The notes under the pieces: model-generated
Database searches by the model: none
The model's input: only the letters and a program-made list of their open reading frames with translations
Told to the model about the DNA's origin: nothing
Part shown: in pieces, positions 37,935 to 51,719 of the stretch
Layout of the letters: every line of letters begins with the position of its first letter
Position numbering within the stretch: the stretch's first letter is position 1
Translations under genes and position numbers: made by a program
DNA from: Chiloscyllium plagiosum
Taxonomy: Eukaryota
Direction of reading: 5' to 3'
Length of the DNA stretch: 64,000 nt
Assembly: GCF_004010195.1 (NCBI RefSeq)
Contig: NC_057718.1
Location: 97,761,300 to 97,825,299 of the forward strand

Positions 37935-38995
37935 GTCGGCAAAAACTGAAGAACCGATTGTTGACTTTAATAAGAAGGATGAGAACACGCCCTCACTTAC
38001 ATCAATGAAACTGAGGTCGAAAAGGTAGAGAATGTCAAGTCCCTCAGAGCGACAATAACTGACAATCTGTCCTGTTCTTCCCATGTAGTTGCGACGGTCA
38101 AGAATACACAACAACACCTCTGCTGAGGGCGGCACAGTGGCTCAGTGATTAGTTCTGCTACCTCACAGCGCCAGGGATCCGGGTTCAATTCCAGCCTCAG
38201 GTGACTGTCTGTGTGGAGTTTGCACATTCTCTGTGTGGGTTTCTCTAGGTGCTCTGGTTTCCTCTCACAATCCTAAGATGTGCAGGCCATGTGAATTGGC
38301 CATGCTAAATTGCCCATAGTGTTAGGTGCATTCGTCAGGGGGGTAAATGTAGGGGATGGGTCTGGGTGGGTTATTCTTTGGAGGATCAATGTGGGCTTGT
38401 TGGGCCGAAGGGCCTGCTTCCATACTGTAGGGAATCTAATCTTCTTCCTCAGGAGGCTCAGGAAATTCGGTATATCCATAAGGACCCTCACCAACTTTTA
38501 CAGATGTGCCATTGAAAGCATACTGTCTGGGTGCATACGGCAACAGCTCTGCCCAGGACCGTGAGAAACTACAGAAGGTGGTGTGCACAGCCTAGACCAT
38601 CATGGAAGCCAACCTTCCACCCACGGACTCCATTTACATGGCTCACTACCGCAGAAAGGCCAACATCATCAAAGACCTATCACACCCCAGTAATGATCTG
38701 CTACAACCTCTTCCATTAGGCAGAAGATGCAGAAGCCTGAACACACGCACCTACAGCTTCAGGAACAGCTTCTTCCCTGCTGTTATTCGACTGATGGATG
38801 GACTCTTTAGCCTCAAATAATGATGATCTTGCTAATGTTGATCTCTCTATATGCCCTGTGCAATGTAACCTGTATGCCTCTGTCTAAGTCTTTCTGATCT
38901 GTATGTCCTTGCTTACTATGATCTGCCTGTACTGCTCATAAACAAAGCTTTTCACTGTACTTAGCTACATGTGACAACAAATAAATCAATCGATC
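37935..38995 (+). mobile_element. Rex1/Babar LINE 3' fragment with a nested HE1 SINE (38127-38441)
   Basis: FFLRRLRKFGISIRTLTNFYRCAIESILSGCI; GRRCRSLNTRTYSFRNSFFPAVIRLMDG. Confidence 0.85.
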
Positions 38996-39621
38996 ATTGA
39001 TCAACCATTTTTCATTAACAAATCCAGGCAGCAGGGCTATGAAGAGGGTCATTGCACCCAACTGCTTGCATCTCTTTTGTGGTTAATTCACACTAACAAT
39101 TCCTTGATATTGGAGCATGTGATATCCACTGGTATGCTATAGGTCTTCAGAGACCAGTGGGCACCACAGGGACTGGGGGTGCATTATATGCTCTCAATAC
39201 TACACTTCAATTTAACATTTGTAAATTTCCTTTAAAATTCTCAACTTGTTACACTGCCCTTAGGGCTGTCAACCACAATTCTGGTTTACCTTCATCCATT
39301 GAATTGAAATTGAATTAATTTGATTGAAAACAGTAACAAAAAAGAGCAGTCTTGCCAAGTCTGTGACAAATGGCAAACTTACAACAATTGGATCCAACTC
39401 CCCTGAACTTGGTCCAGGGTAGAGTGGGGCTGTTGGCTATTACACACTTTTGCCTGTCAGAATTCTTAAGATCAAGCAAGTTGAACGAGACAAATACCAG
39501 TGCCAACATGTGCACATTGTCTACCCAATCAATTTTGAGGAAACAACTGAGATGGCGTGTTGTTGCATATGAGTGCCAGCCAGTCTGGCCACAGGGAACT
39601 CAATTATCATGCAACTGAGTG

Positions 39622-40331
39622 CAGTTAGTAAGTTTGCAGATGACACCAAAATTGGAGGTGTAGTGGACAGCGAAGAGGGTTACCTCAGATTACAACAGGA
39701 TCTGGACAAATGGGCTGAGAAGTGGCAGATGGAGTTTAATTCTGATAAATGCGAGGTGATGCATTTTGGGAAAGCAAATCTTAGCAGGACTTACACACTT
39801 AATGGTAAGGTCCTAGGGAGCGTTGCTGAACAAAGAGACCTTGGAGTGCAGGTTCATAGCTCCTTGAAAGTGGAGTCGCACGTAGATAGGATAGTGAAGA
39901 AGGTGTTTGGTATGCTTTCCTTTATTGGTCAGAGTATTGAGTACAGGAGTTTGGAGATCATGTTGCGACTGTACAGGACATTGGTTAGGCCACTGTTGGA
40001 ATATTGTGTGCAATTCTGGTCTCCTTTCTACCGGAAAGATGTTATGAAACTTGAAAGGGTTCAGAAAAGGTTTACAAGGATGTTGCCAGGGTTGGAGGAT
40101 TTGAGCTATAGGGAGAGGTTGAACAGGCTGGGGCTGTTTTCCCTGGAACGTCGGAGGCTGAGGGGTGACCTTATAGAGGTTTATAAAGTCATGAGGGGCA
40201 TAGANNNNNNNNNNNNNNNNNNGGGTGCTGGCAGTTGGGACTAGATTGGGTTGGGATATCTGGTCGGCATGGACGGGTTGGACCGAAGGGTCTGTTTCCA
40301 TGCTGTACATCTCTATGACTCTATGACTCTA
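39622..40331 (+). mobile_element. Young 5'-truncated CR1 LINE
   Basis: About 190 uninterrupted codons SKFADDTKIGG...LEYCVQFWSP...RGDLIEVYK; (CTATGACT)n tail; TGAGTG on both sides. Confidence 0.93.
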
Positions 40332-40659
40332 TGAGTGGCCTTTGTAAGTATTTTGGACCATCCCTTTGCCACCCAGCATTGCTATCCATCTGCTTTCAGT
40401 TTCCAGCAGACACCATCACCACGCCAGACCCAGCACATTGCTCTGTGATATAGTCTGCAAAAGGGGGCTGACACAGCAAGTTCCTGCACTATCACCCTTA
40501 GAAATGTGTGTTCACCAAGGAGGCCTGGAGTAAATGGAGTCTGCCCCAATTTTCATCTCGCTTTGTCTTGGGACCACGCCCTGATACAGCTTCCTTTCCA
40601 GCAGTTACTTAACTTCAGCAGAACTTTACCTTCCCACTAACAGTCCCTCTTCCTTTCTG

Positions 40660-41022
40660 TATAATGGAAGTGGTCGGCAGATTGGGGCCTGGGTGGTCAG
40701 CCTGTTCCAGTTGGCGGTCAGCTGCTTACAAACCCATTTGAGATCAGCCCAGCGAGGGAGAGAACGAGACCACGTGTAAAGTATGGAGCGACTACAGGCT
40801 ATAGAAGGACTGTAATGTTTATCTTTTAACTTTATTTATTTAGTTTTATCATTTCTACTATGAAGAACTGAACTTTCATTTCTCTATTTTTGTACCTGAC
40901 CTATTTTAGTCCCAAAGATTTGTAACTTTCTACATCAGACGGTGCCGTGTGTGGCAACATTATACACTTTGAACTGGGCTTGAGTACTTGACAATAAAAA
41001 CCAAATTCTAAATTCTAAATCT
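40660..41022 (+). mobile_element. Probable non-autonomous retroelement with a Rex1-like tail
   Basis: GC-rich start, ends TGACAATAAAA...(AAATTCT)n, resembling the Rex1 3' ends in this window. Confidence 0.4.
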
Positions 41023-41646
41023 GTATTTGTCTAACTTATCCAACTGAAACACAGAAAATAATTATTCAGAATGTTACCTACAGAAACCAGGTTTGCAAAA
41101 CTTGGCCCAGTAAAATGAAAATGTCTAACATTGAAATGTAATGCGAATGCAAAATGGACCATCTTATCTATCAGGTGAGCTGGTGCTTTGAGTGATGCTG
41201 ATGCACTTTAAACCAAAAGCAGTGTTTCTCATTATGAAGGCTACAGCCTAAAGTTAGGGCCCACTTGGAGTACTGTGAGCAGATCTGGGCACCACACCTT
41301 AGGAGGGATATATTGGGACTGGAGGGAGTACAATGCAAGTTTGCAAGAATGATACCTGGACTTCAGGCTGCAGTTTGAAGAGGAAGGTACACATCAGGTA
41401 CCGTTTAGCTGAAATATAACAATCGCAAATTTACTCTGTCTGCAGCTCTGTCTGCCTCAGTCAAGTACACTTATTTCTTACAGATGGATGAGTGGAAGTG
41501 AGGTGACAGTGGAAGTGGGTTCAGAGATGATTTATAAAGCCTTATCTTAGCTTGCACACTCTCCCTCAGGAAGGACATGGGATGTTGGTGGATTGTTGGT
41601 TTGAGCAGTTATCCACTTTCTGAACTTTCCAACTGCTCTCTCTCAT

Positions 41647-41802
41647 CGAATCATAGAATCTCTACTGTGTGGAAGCAGGCCATTTGACCCACCAAGTGCA
41701 CACTGACCCTCTGAAAAGCATCCCAACCAACTCACTCCCCCCTACCTTATTTCTGTAACCCTGCATTTCCAATGGCCAATCCACCCAATCTGCGTATCTT
41801 TC
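41647..41802 (-). mobile_element. HE1-related SINE 3' half
   Basis: Homology to the SINE tail. Confidence 0.65.
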
Positions 41803-41984
41803 AGTGGTAGCACTTGTTGATTGCAAAGTCATAACATCATTTTTGATATTGAATTGCCATTTTAGTCACCATGAGGCATCTTCTTCCTAAACGTTCATGT
41901 TGATAGAGCTAACTTTCATAAAGTTTCCCAAGAAAGGATAGATCAGATTACTTATTTGATGTATGATAGCATGAAGTTACATAT

Positions 41985-42696
41985 AGTGAATATCCAAAGG
42001 GACATAGATCTTTAAACTGTCATCAACAGGGACAGAAAATAATCAAGAAGGCTCACGAAATGCTGGCAGACTGGAGAATAAGGACAGAAGTTATTCTGCA
42101 GCTACACAAAACCCCAGTTAGACCCCACTTGGAGTATTGTGAGCAGATCTGGGCACCACACCTTAGGAGGGATATATTGGCCTTGAAGGGAGTACAATGT
42201 AGGTTTGCAAGAATGATACCTGGACTTCTGGCTTCAGTTATGAGGAGAGATTATACAAATCAACACTGCTTTCTCTTGAATTTAGAAAATTAAGGGGTGT
42301 TCTGATCAAAGTCTTCAAAATGTACACAGGAAAAGACAGGGTGGTTAAGGATAAACTATTTCCACTGTTGGCAATTCTAGAAATCAGGGGAATAGTCCGA
42401 GAATTAAGGCCTGAACATTCAGGAGAGACATTAAGCGTACTTCTACGTCCCACATATCCTAACTCCCCCAGTACCACAAAGAGTGGCAAATGTTTGGATT
42501 TCTCTTCCTCGAATGTTAGTTGACACAAGATCAGGTACTGGTTTTAAACCTGAGATGGATAAATCCTTGTTAAACAAAGATATTAATGGATATGGGCCAA
42601 AGGCAGGTATATGGAGTTAGGCCACAGATCAGCCATGGTCTCTTTCAATGGTGGAACAGGCTCGATGGGCTGAATGGCCTACTCCTGTCTCTATGT
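41985..42696 (+). mobile_element. CR1 LINE 3' fragment (YCEQIWAP subfamily; short related piece at about 41252-41385)
   Basis: VRPHLEYCEQIWAPHLRRDILALKGVQCRFARMIPGL. Confidence 0.85.
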
Positions 42697-43825
42697 TTGT
42701 GACTGTTCTTCCTTCCAAGCATTTCCTCTGGCTGCCACGTGAATGAGCTCACTTGTCTGTGGCAAGTTAATATCGCACAGAATGGACTTAGCACATAAGC
42801 AGCTGCTGAGCCAATTCAGAATTGTGAAGCTGTCATTATCAGATGTAATTTCAAATTGGCCAGATTTCCAGAGTTAACAGAAATGCCAAAGATTGGACAC
42901 AGAAACGTGTGACTTCACAAGGATAGTGAAATAAACCAAAAAAAAATTGTGATATTAACAATCAAGAACTACAGCGGAAGATGTGCACGTGAGATTTTGT
43001 TATGTTAATCCCAAAATGATTGCAAATTTCAGGGTAGACTAACGTGAACATGTTTCGTTATCTTACATTGTTTTGTATACTTGGAAACAATCCTAGGAAA
43101 CACTTGTAACAGTTAAATATTAGCATTGTCCAGAATAACCAAAGTTGGGGAATGGTGCATTGTGTTTAACTGGTCAAGGACCCATGTGATGCTGAACACT
43201 AGTTTGAATAATAGTAACAAATAAACCACTGTGTGTCACTTTAGTGCTGACCAATAGCCAGAAATGGATGCATCAAGGCCAAGTTATATATATTTAGCAC
43301 TTAGGTTAATTAAATCTCTTTTCCTTGCAGTTTCTGATGTATTTTGAAACAATTTGCTTCGGATGCCAAATTATTCATCCTTAACTATCAGACTGTTACA
43401 CCCTACAGGTACTGTTTGCCTCACAGACTAGCTTCTGAGAAAATATGTTGCAACATATGGCATCCAGGTGATTAACTCTACAAACAGTGACATTCTTAAT
43501 AGCAACCTGAAAAACTGTGCCTTAAATGCTTTGTTTTCTTAATTACTCCCGAGTTATTACGTTCATCAGCTTTTATCACAAAAGAAAAGGTTTGTTTAAA
43601 AATATACATGGAGTAAACTAAGATATCTGTTTGCTGGCTAATAACCTGCTTAAAAGAAGGCAAACATTTGCATTTATATAGTGACTTTCATGACTAGTGG
43701 ACATTTCAAAGCATTTTACAGTCAACAGGGAACTGTTATTTAAATGATGCGATAATGTTAGCAGATTAATAGGTTTGCAAGCCTGAGGGATAAATATGGG
43801 CCATGACTCTATTGAGAAATTCACT

Positions 43826-44034
43826 AAGTTAAAAATCACACAACACCAGGTTATAGTCCAACAGGTTTAATTGGAAGCACACTAGCTTTCAGAGAGCCGC
43901 TCCTACAACCACCTGATGAAGGAGCGTCGCTCCGAAAGCTAGTGTGATTCCAATTAAACCTGTTGGACTATAACCTGGTGTTGTGTGATTTTTAACTTTG
44001 TACACCCCAGTCCAGCACCGGCATCTCCAAATCA
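43826..44034. mobile_element. Penelope-type fold-back element, family A, with an intact hammerhead motif
   Basis: Arms 43826-43904 and 43920-43998; 13-bp TSD TGAGAAATT(C/T)ACT at 43813-43825 and 44035-44047. Confidence 0.9.
43910..43944 (+). ncRNA. Minimal type I hammerhead ribozyme motif
   Basis: CAC-CTGATGA-A-GGAGC-GTC-GCTCC-GAA-AGCT-A-GTG: stem I CAC/GTG, 5-bp stem II, palindromic stem III AGCT, CUA triplet. Confidence 0.7.
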
Positions 44035-44804
44035 TGAGAAATTTACTGTCCTTCAAAATAGTTTTGTAGAAACATTTACTCTGACATGGTCTCACATTCA
44101 AAAGACAGTACAACATAGTTACCATTGATACTCCACAGCGACAGCTGAATAATGGACACCAGAGGGGAACAAAAGGCCCAGTTAGTAAGCTTTTGATAAT
44201 TGAAAGAGTCAGCCATGTAGATGTTTCTGGGCGTAGCCAATATTAATTCTTCCCTGATGTACCAGGTTGTGCCTCAAAAATAGAAGTTAGAACCTTTCCT
44301 CAAACTCCACAAACATTTTAATCAATCTGCTCCAAAGGAAAACTGAGGTGAAAGTGAGGATTTGACTTCAGAGCTCCCATTAACAGAACCTTACTCTTGT
44401 ACTGTAGGTAAGGGAATAGTCATCCAATTCATTCACATGCCTTCATTCACAATCGGTTCATCACACATGTTTTCATATGTATCAGTGCAATCTCCAACAT
44501 CTTCATTCTATACCTTCCCTTCTCACTGGAACTCTCATTTGCATTTCTGCATTTGTCATTTATCTATTCCAATATTGTTTTAGCTCCTTTCTTGCAGCTT
44601 CCAATACTGTCTTTTTGGTACCTGCTTTTTTGGCATCTTGCCCATTTATTCACATGACACACCAGTCTCCATCATCAACTTATGTTTGCAATTTTCTTTT
44701 TGTACAAGCATTCTTCTTAAGTTCTCTAACGGTCCATAAGAAAGATCTTATCTAAATATGCTGATCCAGATTAAGTTTTATCCCCTGTGTCACCTTGTTT
44801 AGCA

Positions 44805-45086
44805 GTGATGTTGAAAAAAGGACACATTTTGACAAAGCTTTTCATCGTGCACCCATCAGGACAATTCACAAGAATGCAAATCAAGGGGAAATAGTAACTG
44901 GAGCATCCTTCATTGCAACACTTCTAACAATCAGAGTCCACTTGCCAACCAACCAACAGATTTTTCTCATACAGTATAAATGTTGTTTTTTCCCCTTTAA
45001 GTTGTCAATCTTTCAAATTTTCCTGACCAGTGCAAGGTGAGTATTTTCAATTAAAGAATATGCATTTATTTTCCAGCAGTACTTAC
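44805..45086. mobile_element. Fold-back non-coding repeat, family E, with degenerate hammerhead-like motifs at both ends
   Basis: Minus GTCCTGATGGGTGCACGATGAAAAGCTTTGTC (44862-44831); plus TCCTGACCAGTGCAAGGTGA (45021-45040); homologous to 16265-16562. Confidence 0.55.
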
Positions 45087-46569
45087 ATTCTATACAGCTA
45101 AATGATTGGTTTTAAGAATAAAAATAGAAATTGCTGGGAAAGCTCAGTAGGTCTGGCAGCATTTGTGGAGAGAAATCAGAGTTAAAGTTTGCAGGTCGAG
45201 TGACCCTTCCTCAAAGGATTGTTTTTAATTTTGTATGGCTGTGCATCCAAAATCTTGTCTTCATGTGAACCCACTTTTTGCCCCAAACTCTGGGGGGATA
45301 TAGGAGTCATGGGGGGGGGGGAGGTGTAGCACAGTGTGAGGGAGGGTAGGGTTGAGGTTGAACCTGATAACGAATGTTTAAACTGTAGCATCTTTTTTAA
45401 AATCAAACACCTACCTTTTCACAGGCAATTTTCACAGCACCAATAAAGCCACATTGATCGATCCATTAGGCCGTGCCTACCATAAGCAATAACATAGTGT
45501 CTCACAGCTGTTAGCATGGAATTTGAGCTCCACAATAACCATCCTGACTCTAAATTCTTATTTCACAACTCCACTGGGTGTGGTGACCCATAATTTGGGA
45601 AGCCCTGCAATATTGTGCCTCTGTTAGTTGTAAATATCTGTTATCAGTGAATGACAATCTCTATGTAATGTTCGTTCTCCCATGTTCAACAGCCGTAGGA
45701 AGTCATTGATCACAAAACTAGAGAATACTTCTAACATCTGGTAAGGTAGTTGTATATTTTGTGAGTCGTATGCTCCACCGACCATTCCCCATAAGCAGTT
45801 CTTGTATCTTTTCTGGAATGGTTACATGGCATTAACTATCCACTATCTACGTAAAAGATATTGGAAATGAACGTAGAATTGCTGCTCAGTGTTCTCTAGT
45901 TTTGAATGTAGCGTCTTACAAAATGATCCTCCACACCTTTATAAGTGAATTCAATAAAAATACTTGGAATAAACAGTCTAATGATGACCATGACTCCACT
46001 GTTGAACATTGGAAAAATCCAGCTGGTTCACTAATGCCCTTTAGAGAAGGAAATCTGCCATCCTTACCTGGTCTGGCCAACATGTGGCTCCGGAGCCACA
46101 ACAATGTGGTTGACACTTAACTGCCCTCTGGGCAATTAGGGATGGGCCGTAAATGCTGGGCTAGCCAGAGGCACCCTCATCCCATGAATGAATAAAGAAT
46201 AAAATAAGGACAGGTTGTAATGCATTTAAAATATACTATTTAAAATATAGCAAGCATACAAGTAAGAATCAGTGCAATAGTTTATTCAGTGCTTTTTAAA
46301 ATGCCTATTCCTCACAATATGCCATCGTTCAATGTAACATTGCACCTTAAAAATGGCTGCTCACCTTTCATGTGATAAAAGGTCAATTATTCACTGAACG
46401 TAAGCCCTCTCAGGGCTGTCAATTGTCTGGAAATCTGGGCAGCCGTAGATCTAAATTTGCTAAAAGCAGACACAGTGTTGTCCATGAAAGAAATGGAATC
46501 AATGAACATGTGTCAATCAATGGCCATCTCTACAAGAGAAAATATAACCTTGTCCCCCAGACATTGAAT

Positions 46570-47165
46570 ACCCTGCCAACAATATCTTGAGGCGACAATT
46601 GGAAATTTGATTGGACCAACCACAAAAACAGCAGGTTCATGGCTCAGCATTCTACAAAGGGTGACTCTCTTCCTGACTCCCCAAAGCCTGTACGCCAGCT
46701 ACAAAGGAGAAATCAGGAGTTTGATAGAATACGCTCCATTTCTCACAATGAGTGGAGGTCTGACAATGCTCAAGAAGTTCGACATTACCCATGACAAAGC
46801 AGCTTAATCCATTGGTATCCCATCAGAAATAAGGGAAATCATGGTTGCAGTGTGTACCATCTACAAGAGGAATCACAGAAAATCACCAAGGATTTTCCAA
46901 TAGCACATCCCAAATCCTCAACTTCTCCAGGAGGACAAGGACAGTAGGCTTATAACAGGAGGCATCCTGACTTAGAAATATATTATTGTTCCTGGAAATA
47001 TATTATTGTTCCTGGAAATATATCAGAGCGTCTTGCGTAACAGCACTGCAGGGGTACCTGCACAACATGGACTGCAGAATTTCAAGAAGACAGCTCACAG
47101 TCACCTTCTCAAGGGCAATGAAAGCTGGCCTTGCCAGCAAGACCCATTTCCCATGAATGAATAAA
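46570..47165 (+). mobile_element. LINE 3' end, CR1/L2 superfamily
   Basis: LSILQRVTLFLTPQSLYASYKGEIRSLIEYAP; tail CCCATGAATGAATAAAA. Confidence 0.75.
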
Positions 47166-48265
47166 ACAAATCTTGTCTCTGTTTTCAGAGGTCTGAGTCA
47201 TGACAGTCATTTAAACAATTCCAATCCAAGCAAAGGCAGGAATGGATCAGCTTTAAAAACATTACGCAGAAGGGCTGCCAGGCAACAAACAAACACAAAA
47301 CAATGCATGATAGCAAACCTGGAACTCCTGTGGGTCAGTTGGATTGAAACAGATCCGTGGATCATTTAAACAAGTGATATAAACCACTTATTTGGCAAAC
47401 ATTAACTGTCAGCTGCACGTTATCTGACTGCAGTGTAACAGACTGAAATGTGTATTCCCATACAAATACTAATATTTATCAGGTACGCATTTTGGCCATT
47501 AAAAATGCATACGTTTTCTTATCAAAAGACTGACTTAACAGCAAATCTAACCTTCTAAATATGCATTTCCCTTGTCGAAAAAGCACTTTCAGAGCACAGA
47601 TAATAATAACAGGTAATAAAAAGCAACATTCAATTAATCCAACTACAACATTTATAAGAGTGTATCGATTCCTTCGCAAATGCAGAAATGCCTTGGATTT
47701 TAACCACGCCTATGACATTGGGTGGGCAGGGTTAAAATATTGATTTCTAGGTGACAAGGCTGAAAATGCCATGAAATAATTGAGAGTAAAACAATTTTAG
47801 GAACTGAGGAATTGTAACACTTACCAATACAAAAATATTTCCTGTCTGTCATGCATCTTCATATCATTTTTATTCTCTTCATCGCATACATCTGCATTCC
47901 AAGCATTCTCTGCAATATGTTCTGACAGGGTGCAAACAGATATAGCAGGACAGAATCATGCATTGGTAATAGATGCAATTAACTAAACATTACAGATGAG
48001 TGACCAGTTAATTTGTTTTGGTATAATTGCATGAGTCATAACTGTGGGCCAGGACATTGAGAAAGCTCCCTGCTCCTCTCTGAGTTTTATCAGAGGATTG
48101 TTAATGTCCAGTAGCAGACACTGTAATGGATGGAAAAGGGCTCTGCTTACTTCGTGTCCACTGCTGGCAACACAACACTCCTTCAGTAAACAATTCGCAT
48201 GTCAGCTGAAATGTGGGCTCACACTCCCATCAATGAGGTTGATTCTTAACAACACTTCGAAATGA

Positions 48266-48483
48266 AGAAAGTGAGGACTGCAGATGCTGGAGCTCAGGGT
48301 CGAGAGTGCGGTGCTGGAAAAGCACAGCACGTCAGGTAGCCATCTGAGGAGTAGGAGAATTGATGTTCAATCAACGAGAATAGAAGGGCTTCAGTCCCCC
48401 TGAAGGGCTTATGCCCAAAACGTCGATTCCCCTGCTCCTCGGATGCTTCCTGACCTGCTGTACTTTTCCAGCTCTACACTCTG
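48266..48483. mobile_element. Penelope-type fold-back element, family B
   Basis: Inverted arms; 13-bp TSD CACTTC(G/A)AAATGA at 48253-48265 and 48484-48496. Confidence 0.85.
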
Positions 48484-50149
48484 CACTTCAAAATGATCTT
48501 GCAAGGCATTCAGCTCAAAGGCCATGAATACCAACCTTGCCAGTGACATCCACCTCCCATGAAAGACTAAAGGAAATGAATTTAAAATGCAGGAAATATC
48601 TCTGCGGGTTGTTGTGACAGTGAAGATTTGATGGGTGAGGATGTCTTTAACAGTTGCTTGCTTAAACCATTATAAGATAAAATCTGAAATAAAAACAGAC
48701 AGTGCTGGAGAAACTCTGCAGGTCTGACAGCATCTGTGATGAGAGAAACAGAGCTAACATTTCAAATTGAATATGACTGCTTCAGGACTGGAATCCAAAA
48801 TAGTATTTCCTATTAGTGTATCCAAACAGTATTGAGTTCCTTTTGTTATTCCAAAGACTGCTGTCGAAGCCCCATGAAGTCTAATTTCCCAACTTCCCTA
48901 ACATGTCAATTCAGACTTTACATGTGAACTTTATGCATATGCGTCTCATGGAAAAAAACTGCAGTCCCTATTTAAATGCCATCTCGGTATCACTATTTTC
49001 CAGGACCCAGAATGTGCATGGCAGACCAAGTGAAGGCAGGTTTGATTCAATGAATTTCTTATAGGTGTACTCCTTTGAAAAGCTGAGGTACCTGTATGAA
49101 TGTACAGGTGCACAGTGGGCTGAACAGCCTCCTCTGCCCTATAAGAATTCTGTGATATGGCCCTAGACCACCTGCTTTTGGAGGCATGAAACAGTGGCGG
49201 ATGCCTTAAGCAGGGGCAATGTGATTCTGGTATTTTATGGGTTTGTTAAATGAATCCCTAACTTTGTCTGAATGGTGTATAAATCCTTCAAATCTCTGCT
49301 TTCAAAACGGTCAAAGAACTGTCAAAGCTGTCAAAGAACTTAGAATACAAATGTTTGTTTTCCTAAGAGATTAATTGAAGAAATATCATTTAGCACTTGA
49401 GTGCTGCGGGGAAAAAAAATATCATTTATTGCACAGTTCTTCAACTAGTACTCACCGGGATGATTTGCAACACAGACTTTTTTTCTGCAAATTGCAAAAT
49501 GAAAAGTTTCAACCAAACATGCATTTTTTCAGCAAGAATCAAGGTCAATGTGCTGCATCTTTCTTAAATCAGTGTGTGTTTTTCACAGTAATTTCATTGA
49601 CAGTCACATGGCTGTTTTATATTGGTATGGCTCTTCACGTTTCATCATGGTAGATCGTCAATGAGTTGGAATGGAGGTACAGAGGTGGGAAGGAGATAGT
49701 GGTCGATGGGGGAGCACAGGTTGGCATGATTTGGCACTAAGTTGGCGTGGGGGTTACAATGAGTCGTGGGATGAATACAAGGACACAGGTTGAGATAGGT
49801 TTTGTGAAGGGTCCTAGCAGATGGGTAGAGACATTTGGTGTTATGGAAGGCATGGCGTGGCATAACTGGGGCTTATGAAGCATAGGCATGGAGGACAGCT
49901 GAAGAGATGTCTTTTCATTCATTTAATCACATTGCAATCCAATGCAGGGAGGAAGACCTTAGGCATTTCCTTAGCTAGGACCTTAGCTAGCAGCCTCCAG
50001 CCCAAATCCCAAGAAATCCCGTCACTTTTTCCTGGGTTGTGTTTGTGAGGCCCAGAACTGTCCTGACTCTGTTCCTAACCTGGGCACAAAATTCAGGGCC
50101 TAAGTGTTATTCTGGTGGGCTTCTTCTGGGTACTTTTCATTATCTCAAA

Positions 50150-50618
50150 ACTGCCAAGCCTGGATGGGCGCAGCCCCAATAACACACAAGCAACTTGGCA
50201 CCATCCAGGACAAAGTAGCCCACATCATTGGCACCACATCCACTCCCTGAACTACCGATCCTCAGTAGCATCAACAGGATACACTGCAGAAACTCACCAA
50301 AGCTTCTCCAGCAGCATCTTCCAACCCCATGACCACTTCTATCTAGAAGAACAAGGGCAGCAGATATGTGGGAATACCACCACCTGCAAGTTCCCCTCCA
50401 AGCCACTCACCATCCTGACTTACAAATATATTGTCGTTTTTTTAGTATTGCTGAGTTATATATCCTGGTACTCCCTCCCTAACAGCATCCATAAAATGAA
50501 CTGAACTACAGTGGTTCAGGAAGGAAACTCACCATCACAATCTCAAAAGCAATTAAGGCTGGGCTATAGATGCTGGTCCACATTGTGAAACCCACATCCC
50601 ATGAATGATTTTTAAAAA
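50150..50618 (+). mobile_element. LINE 3' end, CR1/L2 superfamily
   Basis: GNTTTCKFPSKPLTILT; same tail as 46570-47165. Confidence 0.75.
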
Positions 50619-50883
50619 ATCTTGTAAAGAGAGCAATCTTAGATGCAATATGCACACCACTAGTGCAATTGCCACCTTCAGTTTAACATTTGTCCTCAGC
50701 CAAACAGCCTATTCAATTTCCCTGTAACAGCATAACGCTGGGACTGGACATTTAATGTTTTGTGAAAAATAGCTCCTAGGCTCCCTTTCTGCTCCAGTGC
50801 CTTAAATGAAGATTCATCCATTTGTGTATGGGTCTGGAATTATCCAGCCTAAAAGCATCACCTTGTATTTATTCACATCAGAG

Positions 50884-51205
50884 AATGGTGGCTCAGTGGT
50901 TAGCACTGTTGCCTCATAGCACCAGGGACCCAGGTTTGAATCCACTCTCAGGCAACTGTCTGTATGGGGTTTGCACGTTCTCCCCGTGTCTGTGCGGCTT
51001 TCTTCCGGGGGCTCCGGTTTCCACCCACAGCCCAAAAATGTGCAGGTTAGGTGGATTGGCCACGTTAAATTGCCCGTAGTGTCCAGGGATAAACAGGCAA
51101 GGTGCATTAGCCATGGCAAATGCAGAATCACAGAAATGGTGTGGGTCTGGGTGGAATGCTCGTTGGAGGATTGGAATGGACTGAATGACCTGCTCCTACA
51201 CCACA
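50884..51205 (+). mobile_element. HE1-related SINE
   Basis: tRNA-like head and conserved body. Confidence 0.85.
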
Positions 51206-51719
51206 GGGGGTGGACATCAGTCATCATGGACATCAGTCATCATGTCTACGGACGCGTATCTAGTTTAACCTGCAGTCTTATTTTTGTTTCATCATTAGAT
51301 TTGAAGTTGGTCCCTGAATGCTTTCAAACCAATTCCTGAACAAAGAAAAGGAAGCAGTAAGATTGTCAAACTGGATCCTGGCAGGATTGTACAAGGAATT
51401 GGACCCTATCTTGAGTTTCAGCTGTTGCCTGCTGCCAAATCAAATGCAAATAATTCAGCATTTATCTTAAACTTTGCTTGACAAGCCTTATGGGGCATAA
51501 CTTTAGAGTGGCATTTCATTGAAGGAATTTTCAAAACGTCCATTCAAACTATCAATTGGGCCATCACTATCTGCCAATTTTCCAAGTCTTGCCAGCAACA
51601 CTCACATCCCAAGACGAGAGTGAAAAAAAAAGTCCTTACTTGTAATTATTTCTGCAATGATGAAAATGGATCACTGCTGACATTAGATTTTGCCAGTGGC
51701 AACGTGAGATGATAAATAG

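Noticed and set aside
39573..40244. 223-aa ORF as a functional gene
   Set aside because: 5'-truncated CR1 ORF2 C-terminus lacking the endonuclease and most of the RT
41252..41385. Local duplication of 42117-42250
   Set aside because: Divergence is comparable to that between independent copies of the same CR1 subfamily; cannot be distinguished from separate insertions
43331..43408. Strong acceptor CTCTTTTCCTTGCAG followed by a possible exon
   Set aside because: Stops in all three frames and a weak donor
47825..47921. Possible minus-strand exon (CAG| ... TG|GTAAGT)
   Set aside because: 97 bp, AT-rich, unrecognised peptide, phase incompatible with the 36170 candidate; likely chance
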